Below, one piece after another: positions 1 to 13,000 of a DNA stretch of 62,518 bases. The DNA comes from Saprolegnia diclina VS20. Its lineage: Eukaryota. The translations under genes and the position numbers were made by a program. Every line of letters begins with the position of its first letter. Position 1 is the stretch's first letter. Where the stretch lies: positions 133,644 to 196,161 of the forward strand of contig NW_008246105.1 of NCBI RefSeq assembly GCF_000281045.1. The letters run 5' to 3'. The notes below the pieces were generated by a model that had not been told where the DNA came from, made no database searches, and saw only the letters and a list, made by a program, of their open reading frames with translations.

Positions 1-1693
1 AAACGTTGTCGTACTCGAGTTGCTTTGGATGCCATTGCAGTACTTTTGCACATAGTTGTCGCACGCGATCTTCTGCGGCAGCGTCGTCGTCACCGCACAC
101 GGCGTCGTCGTGGCGCAGGGCCACGTATTGCCGGTCTGGAGGTTGGCGCAGAAGGGACACACGCCCGGGTTGGGCATGTCGAGCACGTAGCCCGTCTGGT
201 GCAGGCAGCGCTTGCACGGCGTGCCTTGCGCGTAGCACTCCCAGTTGAGATTCGTCTTGCACGCCGTGCAGCCGCCGGTCGCCGTCACGTTCGGTCCTTC
301 GTCGCACGTTTCAAGCCACGACACAATACCGTCACCGCAGACGCTCAGATCACTCTTGCAGGCCTACAGCACCGAGGAACGTTCAACGAACTATCCATAT
401 ATGGATGACGCAGCGCACCGGGTCCCACGGATTGGCGTTGCAGTAGGCAAACGACGTGGTGACGCACGACGCAATGTTGTCGCCGAGGTCAGTGACGAGC
501 GCGTTGCAGTCGACGCGCGCCTGCGTGAGGCTGGCCGACCACTGAAACGGCGTCGTGGGCGGTCCGGCGCGGTTCTTGGCGTACGCCAAGTTGTCGGACG
601 CGGGTTGGAAGTAGCGCTGCGTAAACATGGCGTTGACAAAGAGCTTGCGAAAGTTGGCGCAGACGCCAGTGTTGCGCACGCAGAGCGGCGCCGCGTTGAC
701 GGCCGCGCACGCACTCGACTTGCACGGGCAGTTGGCTTGGAGGTTGCAGTTGTACGGACACACTTGGTGGCAGCCGACATCGGAAGGGTTCTTATTGCAA
801 TAGTCCACCAAGTAGTTGGTGCAGCCCGGAAACGACGCGGTCGTCGACGCCGTGAGGCTGACGCCGGCCGCGCACACGCCAGGAATCTACGATCGAGAGG
901 AAATTGAGGTCATTTGGAGGTGAAAAAGGAGCTCGTACGAGCGCCGGAATGCAAAAGCTGCCCGAGCAGCCAATGTTGGCCGCAAACACGTTGACAATCT
1001 GGCGAAAGATGGACGACGCGTTGCACTGCGGCGTCGCACACGTGGCCGACGCATCCGCAAATGGACACGCGATCGCCGAGTAGTTGGGCGTGATGGTCGG
1101 CTGCCCCATAAAGTAGCTGCACCCGCTCGGCGTGCAGCCCGAAGTGGCCACCGTTTGGGTGCAGCCCGGTGTGCCCGGCACGCAGCACGCTTGGAACGTC
1201 TAAGAACACGCCATCAACAAACGACATACGCATGGGAGTGGTGTACCGAAGCAATGCACGCGGGACTTTGCTTGCTCAGTTGACACGCCGTCGACAGACA
1301 CGGGTGACCTGCTGGCAGCGCAGCCACTTGGGCTGCCGTCAAAAACTCGCAGTAAAAGAGCGAATCTACGAGCAACCAATTGTTGAGATTGAGTTTGAGC
1401 AAGCAATGGAGGCGACCTTTGCACTCGGGGGCGTTGTAGCACTGCTGGCCAACACCGGCGCAGGACAAGCAAGGCGAAGTTGTACTTGCTTGTTGGCACG
1501 TAGTCGCGTCACCGACGCTGAGCTGCGTCAATGGCAGCGAGCACTTGACGTTCAAGTTGCACGTACTCGACGACGAGCATGTCGCGCCTGTGTCACGAAC
1601 GAACGAAGTTGCCAAACTCAATTGACGAAAAGACGTACCGTAAACCGTAGGGAAAAGACCGACAGCCGCAGCGACAAGCGAAAGCCAGCGCAT
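1..1693 (-). CDS. Secreted cysteine-rich protein with a Myxococcus-type Cys-rich (DUF4215-like) repeat; multi-exon, runs off the window's left edge
   Basis: ATG at 1693 gives a signal-like MRWLSLVAAAVGLFPTVYG. ORFs 1214-1738, 792-1181 and 383-877 join via short introns. The last visible exon reads CGDGIVSWLETCDEGPNVTATGGCTACKTNLNWEC. Cys-rich throughout. Confidence 0.75.
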
Positions 1694-2649
1694 GCAGATC
1701 GGAAGTGGTCGCTCTTGCGTAGGACGGGGCAAATTCAAGAACGAGCTTGCCTTGCATGGTTTGCAGCTTGTCGTTTCTCAAAGCGAAACCGTGGAAGGGC
1801 GCCATTTTGAACCTCGTGCCATTTTTGTCGCAGGACCAATTTAGAGCTCAGGCACAGGCGTAGGCTTTAGAGCACAAGAGTGCAGCTTCTATCTGAGGTT
1901 ATCTGAGCCACTTCGTATCCTAAGCTCTCAAACTTTTATTCGTGCGCAGTTCGTACGCAGTACTCTCGCCTATCTCACTCAACTTGGCTCCAGCACCATA
2001 TGATGTGCAAAGCGTTTCGAGTGTGGACGCTGTGAATAGACTCGGTCGATCGCCAATCACTGAGATTCTGTCGGCAGCCTCTTCAAAATGACTGCGTCCT
2101 GGACTATATCGTATCGCTACGGTGCTCTGGAAGTGTAGTTTAATATAGCTGCCTTGCAGCTCGGCACCACTCGACATGGACGTCGTCGGATACATTTCCT
2201 TGCTGAACGGATTCCATTTTGGATAAAAGGGATCCATATCGTACCTCACTGGTGACCGCCCAGCGATATAGCGCTACACCGACTGTTTGAATAGAGGCTT
2301 TGGACTACTAGGCAGCTGTCTTTGCCGACTGTGCCATGACAGTGCTTTTGTAAACCTATCGATAGACGGCAATCTTGGTGGGAGTGGATCTCGTTCATGT
2401 AGCAGTGACGCTAACGATCAATACGGTGAACACGCGCTCGTCGTGAGGTCCGGGGCTCATACTCAAATACTGTCAATGACAAGTCCACAGCTTGAGAATG
2501 TGTCTCGATTGGTTTAACTTTTTTAGAAAAAGAAGGTTTATTGTAGAGGAATGACGCGGGAAAGTCTACTTTGTGTTGCTGATCAACGCTAACACAAGTG
2601 CAGAATGAATTCGTGTGGAATATGCGTGCACCGGTGCAGATTTTACGGG

Positions 2650-3803
2650 CTATTCCCGCCCCTCCACACTGGTCGCTGGTGAACCTCGCACTGCTTGGGG
2701 GCCGACTTCGATATCGACGTCTTGAATCGAGACGGTGGCTGGTTGCGGAACGGGCTGCGCGGCTGAGCAGCAGCGCTTGATAACGAAGGCGACACCTGTC
2801 GTGAGCGCACCGAGGAGTGCCCACGCGTTCGCGATCGAGCTACCCAAGACTTGGGTCCAGGTTTGGCGAATCTGCGTTGTTTTGGAGCACGTGTGCGGGC
2901 CAAGAGCATAGTACGCGTTGCAGAGCAGTGCTGGCGCTGGAAACACGCAATACGGCGACTTGGTACGGGTGAGAAGGTTCTTGGGCATGTACTTGGTCAA
3001 AAAGATATCGATCGACGACCCCGGGATGACGCTGCCGTTGGCAAAGTAGTTGGAGGCGTCGACTGCGCACGACCACGGGGAGGTCGCAGGCGGCATGGCT
3101 TGCAGGGCGAAGAACGACCTCGTGTACATGTCGAATAGGCTCGAGTTTGGTGGAAACCCAAACGACGAGAGACCCTCGACGAAGAACTGCGCTGACACAC
3201 CGCCGATCGAGAGGTTGCCGTTGTAGATCGACCGAACGTACCCCCCGCCAGTGGGAACGACGGGCGGCATGGCGGCAGTTGCGTTCAGGACTACAGGTAG
3301 CGTGGCCAAGCAGTCTTCGTACGTCTCAAAGTGCATGTTGCTTTGACGACTTGCCACCCACTCGTGGACGAAGCGGTGCGCCCGTCAGCCGCAGGGGGGT
3401 CCAAAAAGTAGCTGCTCACGTTGGCAGGACAAGCGACTACGCCACCGGCACAGTTGACCGGCGGCAGGGCGGGGTTGCACAGGCCTTCTTGGTAAAACGC
3501 CGGATCCATCATGCAGCCGTACGTCGTTCCGCTGTATTGCCCCAAGCTTTTGCAGGTGTAGTCGGGAAGGCGAGTCGCGGACGAGAGGACATTGGTCACT
3601 TCTTGGCCATTCGTCAAGCCGCTTGTCAGTTGGACGACACCGACGCTCAAGCAAATGATGCACAAAGCGACCGTAACATAGCGGAGGGCGGACGCGTCTG
3701 CGATCAATCGCTTGTCCCGTTCGTCGTAAAAACCACCGAGGATCGGGACGCGAAACAAATGAGTCCGAGTCGTGGGTCCCTCTACGTTGGGCGACTTCAT
3801 CAA
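2650..3803 (-). CDS. Hypothetical two-TM membrane protein with a large Cys-containing loop
   Basis: ORF 3291-3803 (TM: YVTVALCIICLSVGVVQL) plus ORF 2650-3357 (TM: VLGSSIANAWALLGALTTGVAFVI). The frame change near 3360-3420 is explained by a GTGAGC...CACGAG intron or by a frameshift. Confidence 0.6.
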
Positions 3804-5186
3804 TGATTAGGAAGTCGGCCACAGCCACGCTCTTTGACGGCGCCGTTATGAATGTGAAGGCGCGGCAAGCCCCACATCGTTCGCATTGGCCTCACTATAT
3901 TGTTCCAGGGATACTTCTTCGACAATCGAAGGTGTGCGTCGTTGTGCGTCGTCCCGCAGACTGCAAATCGAGTTTGAAACACATTCACACAAAACAAAGC
4001 TCCGTAGCCAATTTCCTTCCTGCAGCTAGTGACTCGTTCACCAATGAGCCGGAATTTCCTCGACTTGAACAATCACGGCTGGGACAGCAGTGCAACTGGG
4101 TTGGGCATTCACACGCCTTTGACGTCGACGTACATTATCGCGATTTGCAGGATACCACCAACGCGCGACATTGAGCGCCTCATTTTACCGACGCACTCGT
4201 TTCGCACCGAAGCCCACGGCATCGGTAAGCGCCATGACCCCACCGCGGCGATCCCAACGATGAAGAAACGGATTTGGGGCCGACTCGCGGTTGCCACTGT
4301 GCCACTGTGCTCGACCACACTCACCACCGCCTGCATAGCACCTAACTTTCAAAAGTCTCTCAGGTGCCAACAGACCCGACATCGAGCTCAAACGCCCGGC
4401 TGACCCGTGGACATGTTGGTCATGATCTGGGCGGATCCCATAAGCTTCTTGGCTCCCACGAGTTGAGGTTTATGGACCCTTGCGACGAGGGAGAGCGCAT
4501 ATCGCCGATCCAAAGTGGTGACGTCCCAACGAAACGCATCCGGTTCAGTGTGTCGCCCACACCGAAAAAGCTCGCGCAACTACAAGGTATAACTCGATGA
4601 TCAAGAGCGCTGCGGAACGAACGAGGTTCACGCGAACGACATCGGGGTTACTTGCTAAAACAGCAGCGTTCATGCCCGTCGTAGTACAATTTTGTCATCT
4701 CAATCCGTGCCTGTGCACAAGAACATTGTAGTTGACAGCATGACCGACTCGCTCAAGGTTTTACATTCCCTTGGACTGCGCTGCGGATGATGGTGCACTT
4801 TCGAAGGGCAAGGTCGGTCATCTGACCTTGCAGCCTGTGATTGGTCCATCCTAATTAGGACATTGCAGATGTTCGTGTCCGAATTGCACCGGCGCGATCC
4901 CTCGTTGGGCTCGCCGCGGCGCCTCGCATCAACATGCAAGCTCCACCTTGCTCTCCGCTGTCTCTACGCTCCACCAGCGCCGTGCGCCATCCATGCGTTA
5001 GCATAATCGCGCGCGCTGTCGCAGTACCCAGTTTTGATCTTTGGACCTCTGACTAATCGCACGCCACACTACGCTTCCCATGGCCAAACGTCATATCATT
5101 TTACTATAGAAAAGTGTGTGTGTCTAGCCTCAACGAAGCAAGCATTGTCCTGATTTGGCCGTCAATTCCCAAACTTCCTCTTTGCC

Positions 5187-8022
5187 ATGTCGGGCGTCTT
5201 GAACCGGTGGAAGGTTGCGGTCCAAGCCGCTGCCTTTGACGTCGGAACCTCGGTCTCGGGCGTCGTCTCGACGGCCGTCCTCGGCGAGGAGTACGAGAAG
5301 AACTACGAGTTCCCCCGCGACAGCACGGCCAGCGGCGGCCACGAGCTCCTCTGGAAGATCTACCCGGCGGTCTCCAAGAAGACGGGCGCCGAAGTGAGCC
5401 TCTTTGTCTTTGACAAGCGCGAGCTCGACAAGGTGCACAACAAGGAGCGGGTGCTCGACGTGCTGCGCCATGACATGAAGACGCTCCGCTTGCTGCGCCA
5501 CCCGCAGATCCTCAAGATCGAAGAGGTCTTTGACGAGTCGCGCAAGACGCTCTCGTTTGTGACCGAGCGCGTCACGTGCTCGCTCGCCAACGCGTGCAAG
5601 ACCTTTACGAACGTCCTCAACGTGACGCCCGAAGTGCTCGAGATTGGTCTCTCGGAGTTTGAGATCGCTTGCGGCCTCATGCACATTGGCGAGTCGCTCT
5701 CGTTTCTGCACCGCGAAGGCCGGCGCGTCCACCTCGGCCTCTCGCCCAACGCGATCTTCATTACGCCGAAAGGCGAATGGAAGCTTGGCGGCATGGGCTT
5801 TAGCCGCATCGTCGAGCCAGGTACAACGTCCCGCAGCGAGTACTATGCGTCCGGGCACGCTGAGCCCATCAAGAAGGGCGAGAAGCTTCTGAGCTACGAG
5901 CCGCCGCTCGAGTATTGCGCGCCCGAGCTTGTGAACGAGCCGCGCACGTTTGACGCGCACGCCGATGTCTTCTCGCTCGGTCTCCTCGTGCTCGAGCTCT
6001 TCTCGCCGCCCAAGCCCGATGGCAGCCACGAGCCGGTCCTCGGGTATTTAGAAGGGAAGGTCATGACGCACGGCTATAAGACGCAGTCGCTGCACCCGAT
6101 CTCGTTCAACCCGACCGTGCCAGTCACGCTCCACAACACGATTCGGACGCTGCTGCAGCTGTCGCCGACGTCGCGTATCGAGGCGCGGGCGTTCCTCTCG
6201 TCGCCCTTCTTTGACTCGGGGCTCGTCAAGACGCTCCGGACGCTGCAGACGCTCGTCGAGCAAGACCCGGCGTCGCAGGCCAAATTTCTCTTGGCGCTTC
6301 CGGATGTCCTCTCGGGCTTTTCGCCCAAAGTACTCCGGGACCTCGTACTGCCCGGCCTCCAAAGCGTTGTCATCAACCCCGCGATCGCGCCGTTTGTGAT
6401 CACGCCGCTTCTCAAGATCGTGTCGATGGTCGACAAGACGACGTTCTCGCGGCACATTGCGCCCATGATGGTGCCGCTGCTCACGATCGCCGAGCCCGTC
6501 CAGTGCATGCTCATGTTTGTCGAGAACCTCGAGGCGCTCATCCCCAAGGCCGAAGATGGCTACATCCGCGATCACATTGTGCCGATGCTCTGCCGCGCAC
6601 TCGACTCGAGCGTGCCCGAGATCCTCGACAAGGTCCTCAACAAGATTGTCGACCAAGCGAGCCTCTTTGAGTACCGGATTCTCAAGCAGATCATCCTCCC
6701 GCGCGTCATTCGGCTCATTTTGGACCCGCCCCAGCTCTCGGTGCGCGTAAACGCACTGCTCTGGCTCGCCAAGTCGTTCCACGTCTTTGACAAAGACCTC
6801 CTCGTCGAGAGCGTCATGCCGTGTCTGGCCGAGTGTCTCACAAAAGACAAGACGCCCGCCGTGTGCATGTGCATTCTGGGCTGCTACGACAACCTCGGCA
6901 AGCACCTCGGGCCCGAGTACATGGCCAAGCTTGTGCTGCCCGCGGTCTCGCCGCTGCTCTGGGAGAAGAACCTCAACGGCGCGCAGTTTGACATGGTCTG
7001 CGAACGCGTCAATGCCATGCTCAAGGAGATCATCTCGGAGCGCGAGAAGGCGCTCATGGCCGAGTCAGGTCTTCAAACGCAAAGGTACTCTGCGATATCG
7101 CACCATCCGTGGCGACGCAACATGTCTGCTGTAGCGTGGCGACCTCGGGCTTTGGCGAGACGGTCCGCGCTGTCGAGCGCAACAAGGAGAAAGCGTCGGG
7201 CATGGCCGCTGTCAACTCGATGCTCCAAGACGAGTATGTCCCCAAGGCGCCAGAGTCGGCGCAAAAGCCGTCCGAGCCCGCACCGTACTCGGACGCTCGG
7301 CCGTCCACGTACTCGGACCGCAGCAGCACGAGCAGTCGCGACGACCCGTTCATCCTCAATGGCGGCGGTCGATCGGCCGCGACACCGCCAAAAGATGCTC
7401 CGAGCGAAAGCTACGCCGAGCGGCGGCGGGCCAAGAAGGCGAATCGTCGTACGAGTGCGTCGGTCGACGCGCCGACGTCCGACTTGCTCGAGATTGCACC
7501 GGTGGCCGCGCCGGTACGCCACCTCATAGCAGCATATTGATCCTGATCGTTGTGTGTGTCTAGGCGTATGGCAATGCGCCGAGTGCAGGCCTCGCGGGGC
7601 TGTCGTTGGCGCCGGCACCGAGCGGCAACATGTTTGCGGGTCTCCAACCCTCGAGCTACGCACCGTCGTCGTTTGCTGCAGCGCCACCGATGGCGCCGTC
7701 GAGTGGGTACGGGGGCACCCCGGGGTATGGCCAAAACACGGCCGTCTCGGCGTTCAACGGCGCGCCGTTGCTGGCCGCGCCGCCGGTTGCGGCGCCGAGC
7801 TATAACAACACCAACGTGGGCGGCTACGGCAACCAGTTTAATGCACCACCGCCAGCCGCGCCGGGATACGGCCAGCCGCAGCTTGGGTATGGCAACAACA
7901 ACTATGCGTCGACGCCGTACGGGAACACGGCACCGCAGCAGCAACAACTCTACTCGAGCTACACGGGCCACCCTCCGACGCAAGACGATGGCAATAAGTT
8001 TAGCGCCTTTGATGGCTTGTAA
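5187..8022 (+). CDS. SCYL2: SCY1-like pseudokinase (SCYL2/CVAK104-like) with HEAT repeats and a low-complexity tail
   Basis: Kinase fold lacking catalytic motifs (HLGLSP for HRDLKP, GGMGF for DFG; LEYCAPE present), helical HEAT-like region, P/Y/G/Q-rich tail ending FSAFDGL. Introns ~7085-7134 and ~7514-7563. Confidence 0.85.
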
Positions 8023-8488
8023 TTTGAAACAAAGATGGACGGTGCACCCACTGTACAAAGCGCCATGGAGCCGAGGGCATCGATCGTGCGACCAGAAGAG
8101 CTGCGACAGCAGCCGTCGCGGGGCGTCTCGGCTGCTTGGGCACTTGCGCGACGAGAGGTCATCGTACGAGTACACGTCTTCGGTTGCCAACGCTCCAGCA
8201 CGCTGTCTGGTCAGCATATGCTGGCTGCAAACGGCGGCGGCGCTCAAGGTCCCGCGTTCTGGGGACTCGCCAACAATTGATGGTCGGCTCCAAGTAGACG
8301 GCTGGCTTGGCCGGGTTGTCGACTCGGGCTACTATCTCTTGCTACAACAGAGGTCCAGGTACCTCGATGCTGCCACTTCTGCGTGTGATGAGGCGTACGT
8401 TATAACAAAGTTGCGTCGGTAAACATTCCTCGTGTTACTACTGTGTTAACAGAGCAGCAAGATGGCGTCAAACATTCCCACGAGTCGC

Positions 8489-9457
8489 TTAAAGCGAGAG
8501 GCCAAACTTCTCGAGGGTAGGCTTGAGCTCCTTGTGGGCGGCAGCGACCGAGGCCGTGGCAGCCGAGAGGGCCTTGTTCTGCTCGAGCTTCTTCTTGTAG
8601 TAAGCCTCCGAGCGGATCTTGCGCTTGGCTTCGAGGCGGGCGACGAGGTCGCCGTGGCGCCAGCCGACCTCAGACGACAGCTTGCCGAGGACGGTGAAGC
8701 GGCGGTTGGCCTTCAGGCGAAGGGCGCGGAGGGCATCCGGGACGACCATGCGCTTGACCTTGTCGTACGGCGACGGCACGCCATCAAAGACCTAGCATCT
8801 TGTCATGAGATCCATGGACATCACATGGCATGAGCGTACCTTGAGGCGCTGGAGGGCCGACGCGCCGTGGGCGGTCTTGTGCGGCAACATGCCACGGACA
8901 GCGCGCCAGAACATGCGCGAGGGAGCGCGGTAATGGATGGGACCCTTCTTGGGGTTCGTGGCCGTACGCTTGTTCAAGAACTGGAGGAACTTGACCTTGT
9001 TGCGCACGTCTACAAGCCGCCATCATCAGCAAAATGCTGTCGATGTGGTGTAGGTCCGGCATGGCAATCCATTTGACATGACATCAAAGAGGGAAAGCCT
9101 GCACGCAGCGACTTTAGCATGTTTTCGGCGACGCATGGGAGCGGGCACGCATGGTGCCATCACCAGCCACATGTAACATGTGTCACTGTCATCAAAGGTC
9201 CTTGGCGCGAATGCCAGAAGATAAGACTATCCATCCATTTGCCAAGGCCGATGGCCTCCACACGCCAAGCGTCACTGCGCCTACGGACCTGCCACCAAAT
9301 ATAGGAATAAGAACTTACGCGAGCCCGAGATGTTGAGTTCCTCGCAGCGGACAGCGACGACGTGCTGGCCGAGGAGGAGCTCCTTGGCGACGAGCGACGC
9401 AAGGCGACCGAGCATGTGCGCGCGGCAGTCGACGATGACGGGCTTTTCAAAAGGCAT
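8489..9457 (-). CDS. RPL13A: 60S ribosomal protein L13a (uL13)
   Basis: [21 protein letters not shown]...[17 protein letters not shown]...[28 protein letters not shown]...VPDALR. Introns 9010-9318 and 8792-8839. Confidence 0.97.
9010..9318 (-). other. Unusually long, strongly base-paired first intron of RPL13A (candidate intronic ncRNA or regulatory RNA structure)
   Basis: 309 nt against ~50 nt for typical local introns. Nested complementary arms at 9046-9058/9284-9297, 9073-9080/9261-9268 and 9200-9206/9241-9247; palindrome at 9168-9182. Confidence 0.55.
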
Positions 9458-9660
9458 GTTTGAGACCGATGAGGAAATGAGTTGCGGAAGGGCAATCTCA
9501 CGGCCCGGAAATGGCTGGCCAAGAGGCCTAGGGGTTGGCATTATAAAAGTCAGGCACTTATAAAACATCAGCACTGCCTATTTGTATTCAACATTAAATT
9601 ATATGTATTTTAATGCACGACGGATAGAAATACCATTTTAGGATTGGCTAAAATACAAGA

Positions 9661-9775
9661 CCGTTTTGACCAGTCACGCGATGTGAATGGCCATCGGCGG
9701 TTTTGACCAATCAACTTCTGTGGCCATCGCACACTTGGGGTTTGTAGCGACAGTGGGCGCGCCTGCAATTGGCTG
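9661..9775. promoter_or_regulatory. CCAAT-box cluster in the divergent RPL13A/IFT139 promoter
   Basis: Near-duplicate GTTTTGACCA(G/A)TCA at ~9663 and ~9700, plus ATTGG at ~9768. Similar CCAATCA/GATTGG sites lie upstream of other genes (~16091, 16157, 23041, 31891, 40703, 44209, 44225, 53097). Confidence 0.5.
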
Positions 9776-10040
9776 TTGGCCGTCGCGTTTCAACCAATGG
9801 CCTTGAGGTAGCTTGTCGCGCGGGCTGCGATGCTGGTCGCTGGCACCGAGATGGAAGCAGGGGTGGCAGCGCTGGGAGGTGGCAGCGCGGTACGAGCCTG
9901 CGAGATCGACGTCGGGTTGGAGAGGAGCAGCGAGGCAAGCATGCATTGGCTGTGACAGGCGAAACGGTGGAGACGGTAGCTGCGACGCTTCGGCGGAAGA
10001 TCCGCTGCAAGATCCATCATCTCGCAATCGAAACGCAAGC

Positions 10041-13000
10041 ATGAGCAGCGGCGACCCACGCGTCCTCATCAACTACTACGTGCGGAAGGGATGGTACGAC
10101 CATGTGCAGCGGCTCTGTGAGAGCATCCTCGACAAGAAGGGGAGCGACCCGACCATCATGTTTTGGCGGTCGTTTGGCATCATCATGGAGGGCAGCTACT
10201 CGTCGGCGATCCGCGAGCTCGAGGGCTTGAAATCCAAGAAGGAGGTCGAGCTTCCGTGCGTGCACGCGCTCATCTACACGCACAACAAGTGCAAGCACGT
10301 CGACCACGACGAGATTGCGCAGCTCGAACTACAAGTCGTCATTGCCGAGGAGAACGCGACCGATGCGAGCCAGCTCTTGGTACGCACGCACCATTTACCC
10401 TTGACTTGATCGCGCGTCTCGATTAGTGCGCCAACTTGTTCTGGCACATCAAAGAGACGGCGAAAGCGCGCAAGATCCTCGAAAACCTCATGGGCGGTCG
10501 ACTGAGCCCCGAGACGCCGCTGCAGATCCGGGCGGCGATCCTTCGCGGCTGGGTCGACCTCACGACCGAGCCCAAGACGAAGCGCGACATCGAGTACCGC
10601 GAAAACAGCATCCAGCTCTTCGAGGACGCCAAAGTCAAGGCGTACGACGATACCAATGCACGAGCTCGCAGCATGACCTGCCTGAGTAGGGCCAACGACC
10701 CCGAACAGCTCCTCGGCGTCGCCAAGTACCACGACTTTAAGAAGAACCACGCCAAGGCGCTCGAGTGCTACGACGAGGTTGCCGCTCGTGTATGGACACG
10801 TTGTCTGCAATCCGGATGCCATAGATCTTTGTCAAGTACACGTGGCTCAAGCACGCGCTCAGCGAGAAGGCCCTCGTGCTCTTCAAGATGGGCGAGTGGG
10901 ACCAGTGCGTCGACAGCGCCGAGCGTGCGCTGAGCATGAGCACGTAACGCACTCGATCACGCCACAGGCGCAGCATCATACTACATGATGTAGGGACGAC
11001 ATTGAGGCGCTTCGGCTCTTTATCTTCTACCTCTTGACGCGCGAAGGCAAGCCAAAAGAGGCAGCGACACGCATTCGGGAGCTTGTCAAAGCGCTCAGCG
11101 CGACGGAGGCGTCCAACCCGGCCTTGTACTACGACATCTCCAAGTGCATTGCGCGCATCGCCGACAAGAACCACGAGGTCCTCTCGTGCAACCTCGCGTT
11201 CGTCGAGCAAGCCATCAAGCTCTCGCCCGAGACAGGGTACGCCCTGCCATGTGTCACTGGCGCGATACACACCACATCCATAGCGTGTACCATGCGGAGC
11301 GCGGGTACCAGCGCGCGCTCATGGGCGACTTTACCGAAGCCGTCGACTCGTACAAGGACGCGCTCAAGCTCGACGAGTCGAACGAAGCGGCGCTCCACGG
11401 CCTCATCTACTGCCAAATCAAGATGGGGCTCATCGACGACGCCGCGCAGCAGATGGAGTTTCTCAGCGTCATCCAGGAATCCATGGGCGCGAGCGCCGAC
11501 TTTGTCATGCTCCAAGCGATGCTGAGCTGGCACAAGGACAAGGACCGGCAAAAACAAGTTAAATTTCTTCAAAAAGCCGCGCAGCTGCACATGGACAAGC
11601 TCAAAGAGGCCATGCAGGTAGCCGACACAGTGTCCATTGTATAGAGAGACGATCTGTCGCCATTAGGCGGGCGATCTCTCGACGTACGACACGATGGCGG
11701 CCCTCAACCCGCATTTTCTCGTGGAAATTGCGATGGAGTTTATCAAACTGGACGGCGCCGACGACGGCAAGGCCATGGCGGCGCGTGGCATTTCGATCCT
11801 CGACAAGATTGTCGCCAAGTCGCCGGGCTTTTTGGAAATCCAGTTTGTGCTCGCGAACGCCAAGTTCGCGTCCAACGAATTCGACGACGCGTTCCGCATT
11901 TGCAGGTCGCTGCTCAAGATGCACCCGTCGCATGCCGGTGCGCACTTGCTCGAGGCGCGCGTGAGTCTCGAGCGCGAGCACTTTAAAGCAGCCTCGTCGA
12001 GCCTCGACATTGCGCTGAGCCACGATTTCTCGGTGCGGCAGACCCCGTCGTTCCACATCATCAAGGCCAAGCTCCTCGAGAACGAAGGGAATCTCAAGGA
12101 CGCGCTCAACGTGTTGCAAACTGCCATGAAGACGGCGTCGAGCGGCCCTGCCAAAGGCGCCAAAAAGCAACTGTCGGCCGCGGCCGCTGAAATGTCGCTG
12201 TTCGACAAGTCGTGCATCTACATTCAACTCGCATCGGTGCACGCGCAGCTCAACAATGTCGGCGAAGCGACGCGACTCGTCAAGGAAGCCCTCGATGTCT
12301 TCAAGTAGCGCTTGCATGCGCCCGAATCTCAATCTCAAACTCCATTGTAGAGGCACAACCCAAGAAGTGCGCGTGCTCGTCGCCAACAGCGAACTCGCCA
12401 TCAAGCGCGGGGACTTTGACAATGCAATCATCATGCTCAACGGCGTGCCGCAAGTACGCCTTCGGTCGCCTTATGGGCACGTGATAGCATCGAGGCGTAG
12501 GAGTCGCCGGCCTTTGTCAAGGCGCAGATGATCAAAGCCGACATTTACCTTCAGCACCGCAAGGAGAAGCGACTCTACGCTCAATGCTACAAGGTCCAGC
12601 CCCGCATCTCCCACCGTGAAACGACCAACAACTCTTGTAGGAGCTCGTCAAGCTCAGTCCGTCGGTCGAGTCCCACATTCGAATGGCCGAAGCCTACCTT
12701 CGCATCCAGCAACTCGACGACGCGATCGAGTCGTACCGCAGCGCGCTTGTGCTGACGCCGACCGACGCGTCGCTCGCGAGTCGCATTGGCCACATCCTCG
12801 TCAAGAAGCACGACTATATGACGGCGATCGAGTACTACGAGTCGGCGCTCAAGTCGGCGCCCGACCAGACACCGCTGCGTACCGACCTCGCCAACCTCCA
12901 TGCGCGATTGCACCAGTACGACCAAGCATTGCGCCTCATTCAGTCGGCACCGTCGACAGGCGCGCACGGCGACGTCAAGGAGATGCTCGAGATGATCGAG

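Noticed and set aside
1920..2249. 109-aa ORF in a lower-GC spacer
   Set aside because: Non-ATG start, lacks the local codon bias and has no recognisable motif; possibly a decayed fragment but unsupported.
7085..7529. Arg-rich C-terminus of the 780-aa ORF
   Set aside because: Artefact of reading through the 7085-7134 intron; the true frame continues in ORFs 7109-7540 and 7606-8022.
9300..9310. TATTCCTA resembling the U17/snR30 m1 motif in the RPL13A intron
   Set aside because: It sits immediately after the 5' splice site, no m2 (AAACCAU) partner is seen, and the position is wrong for U17.
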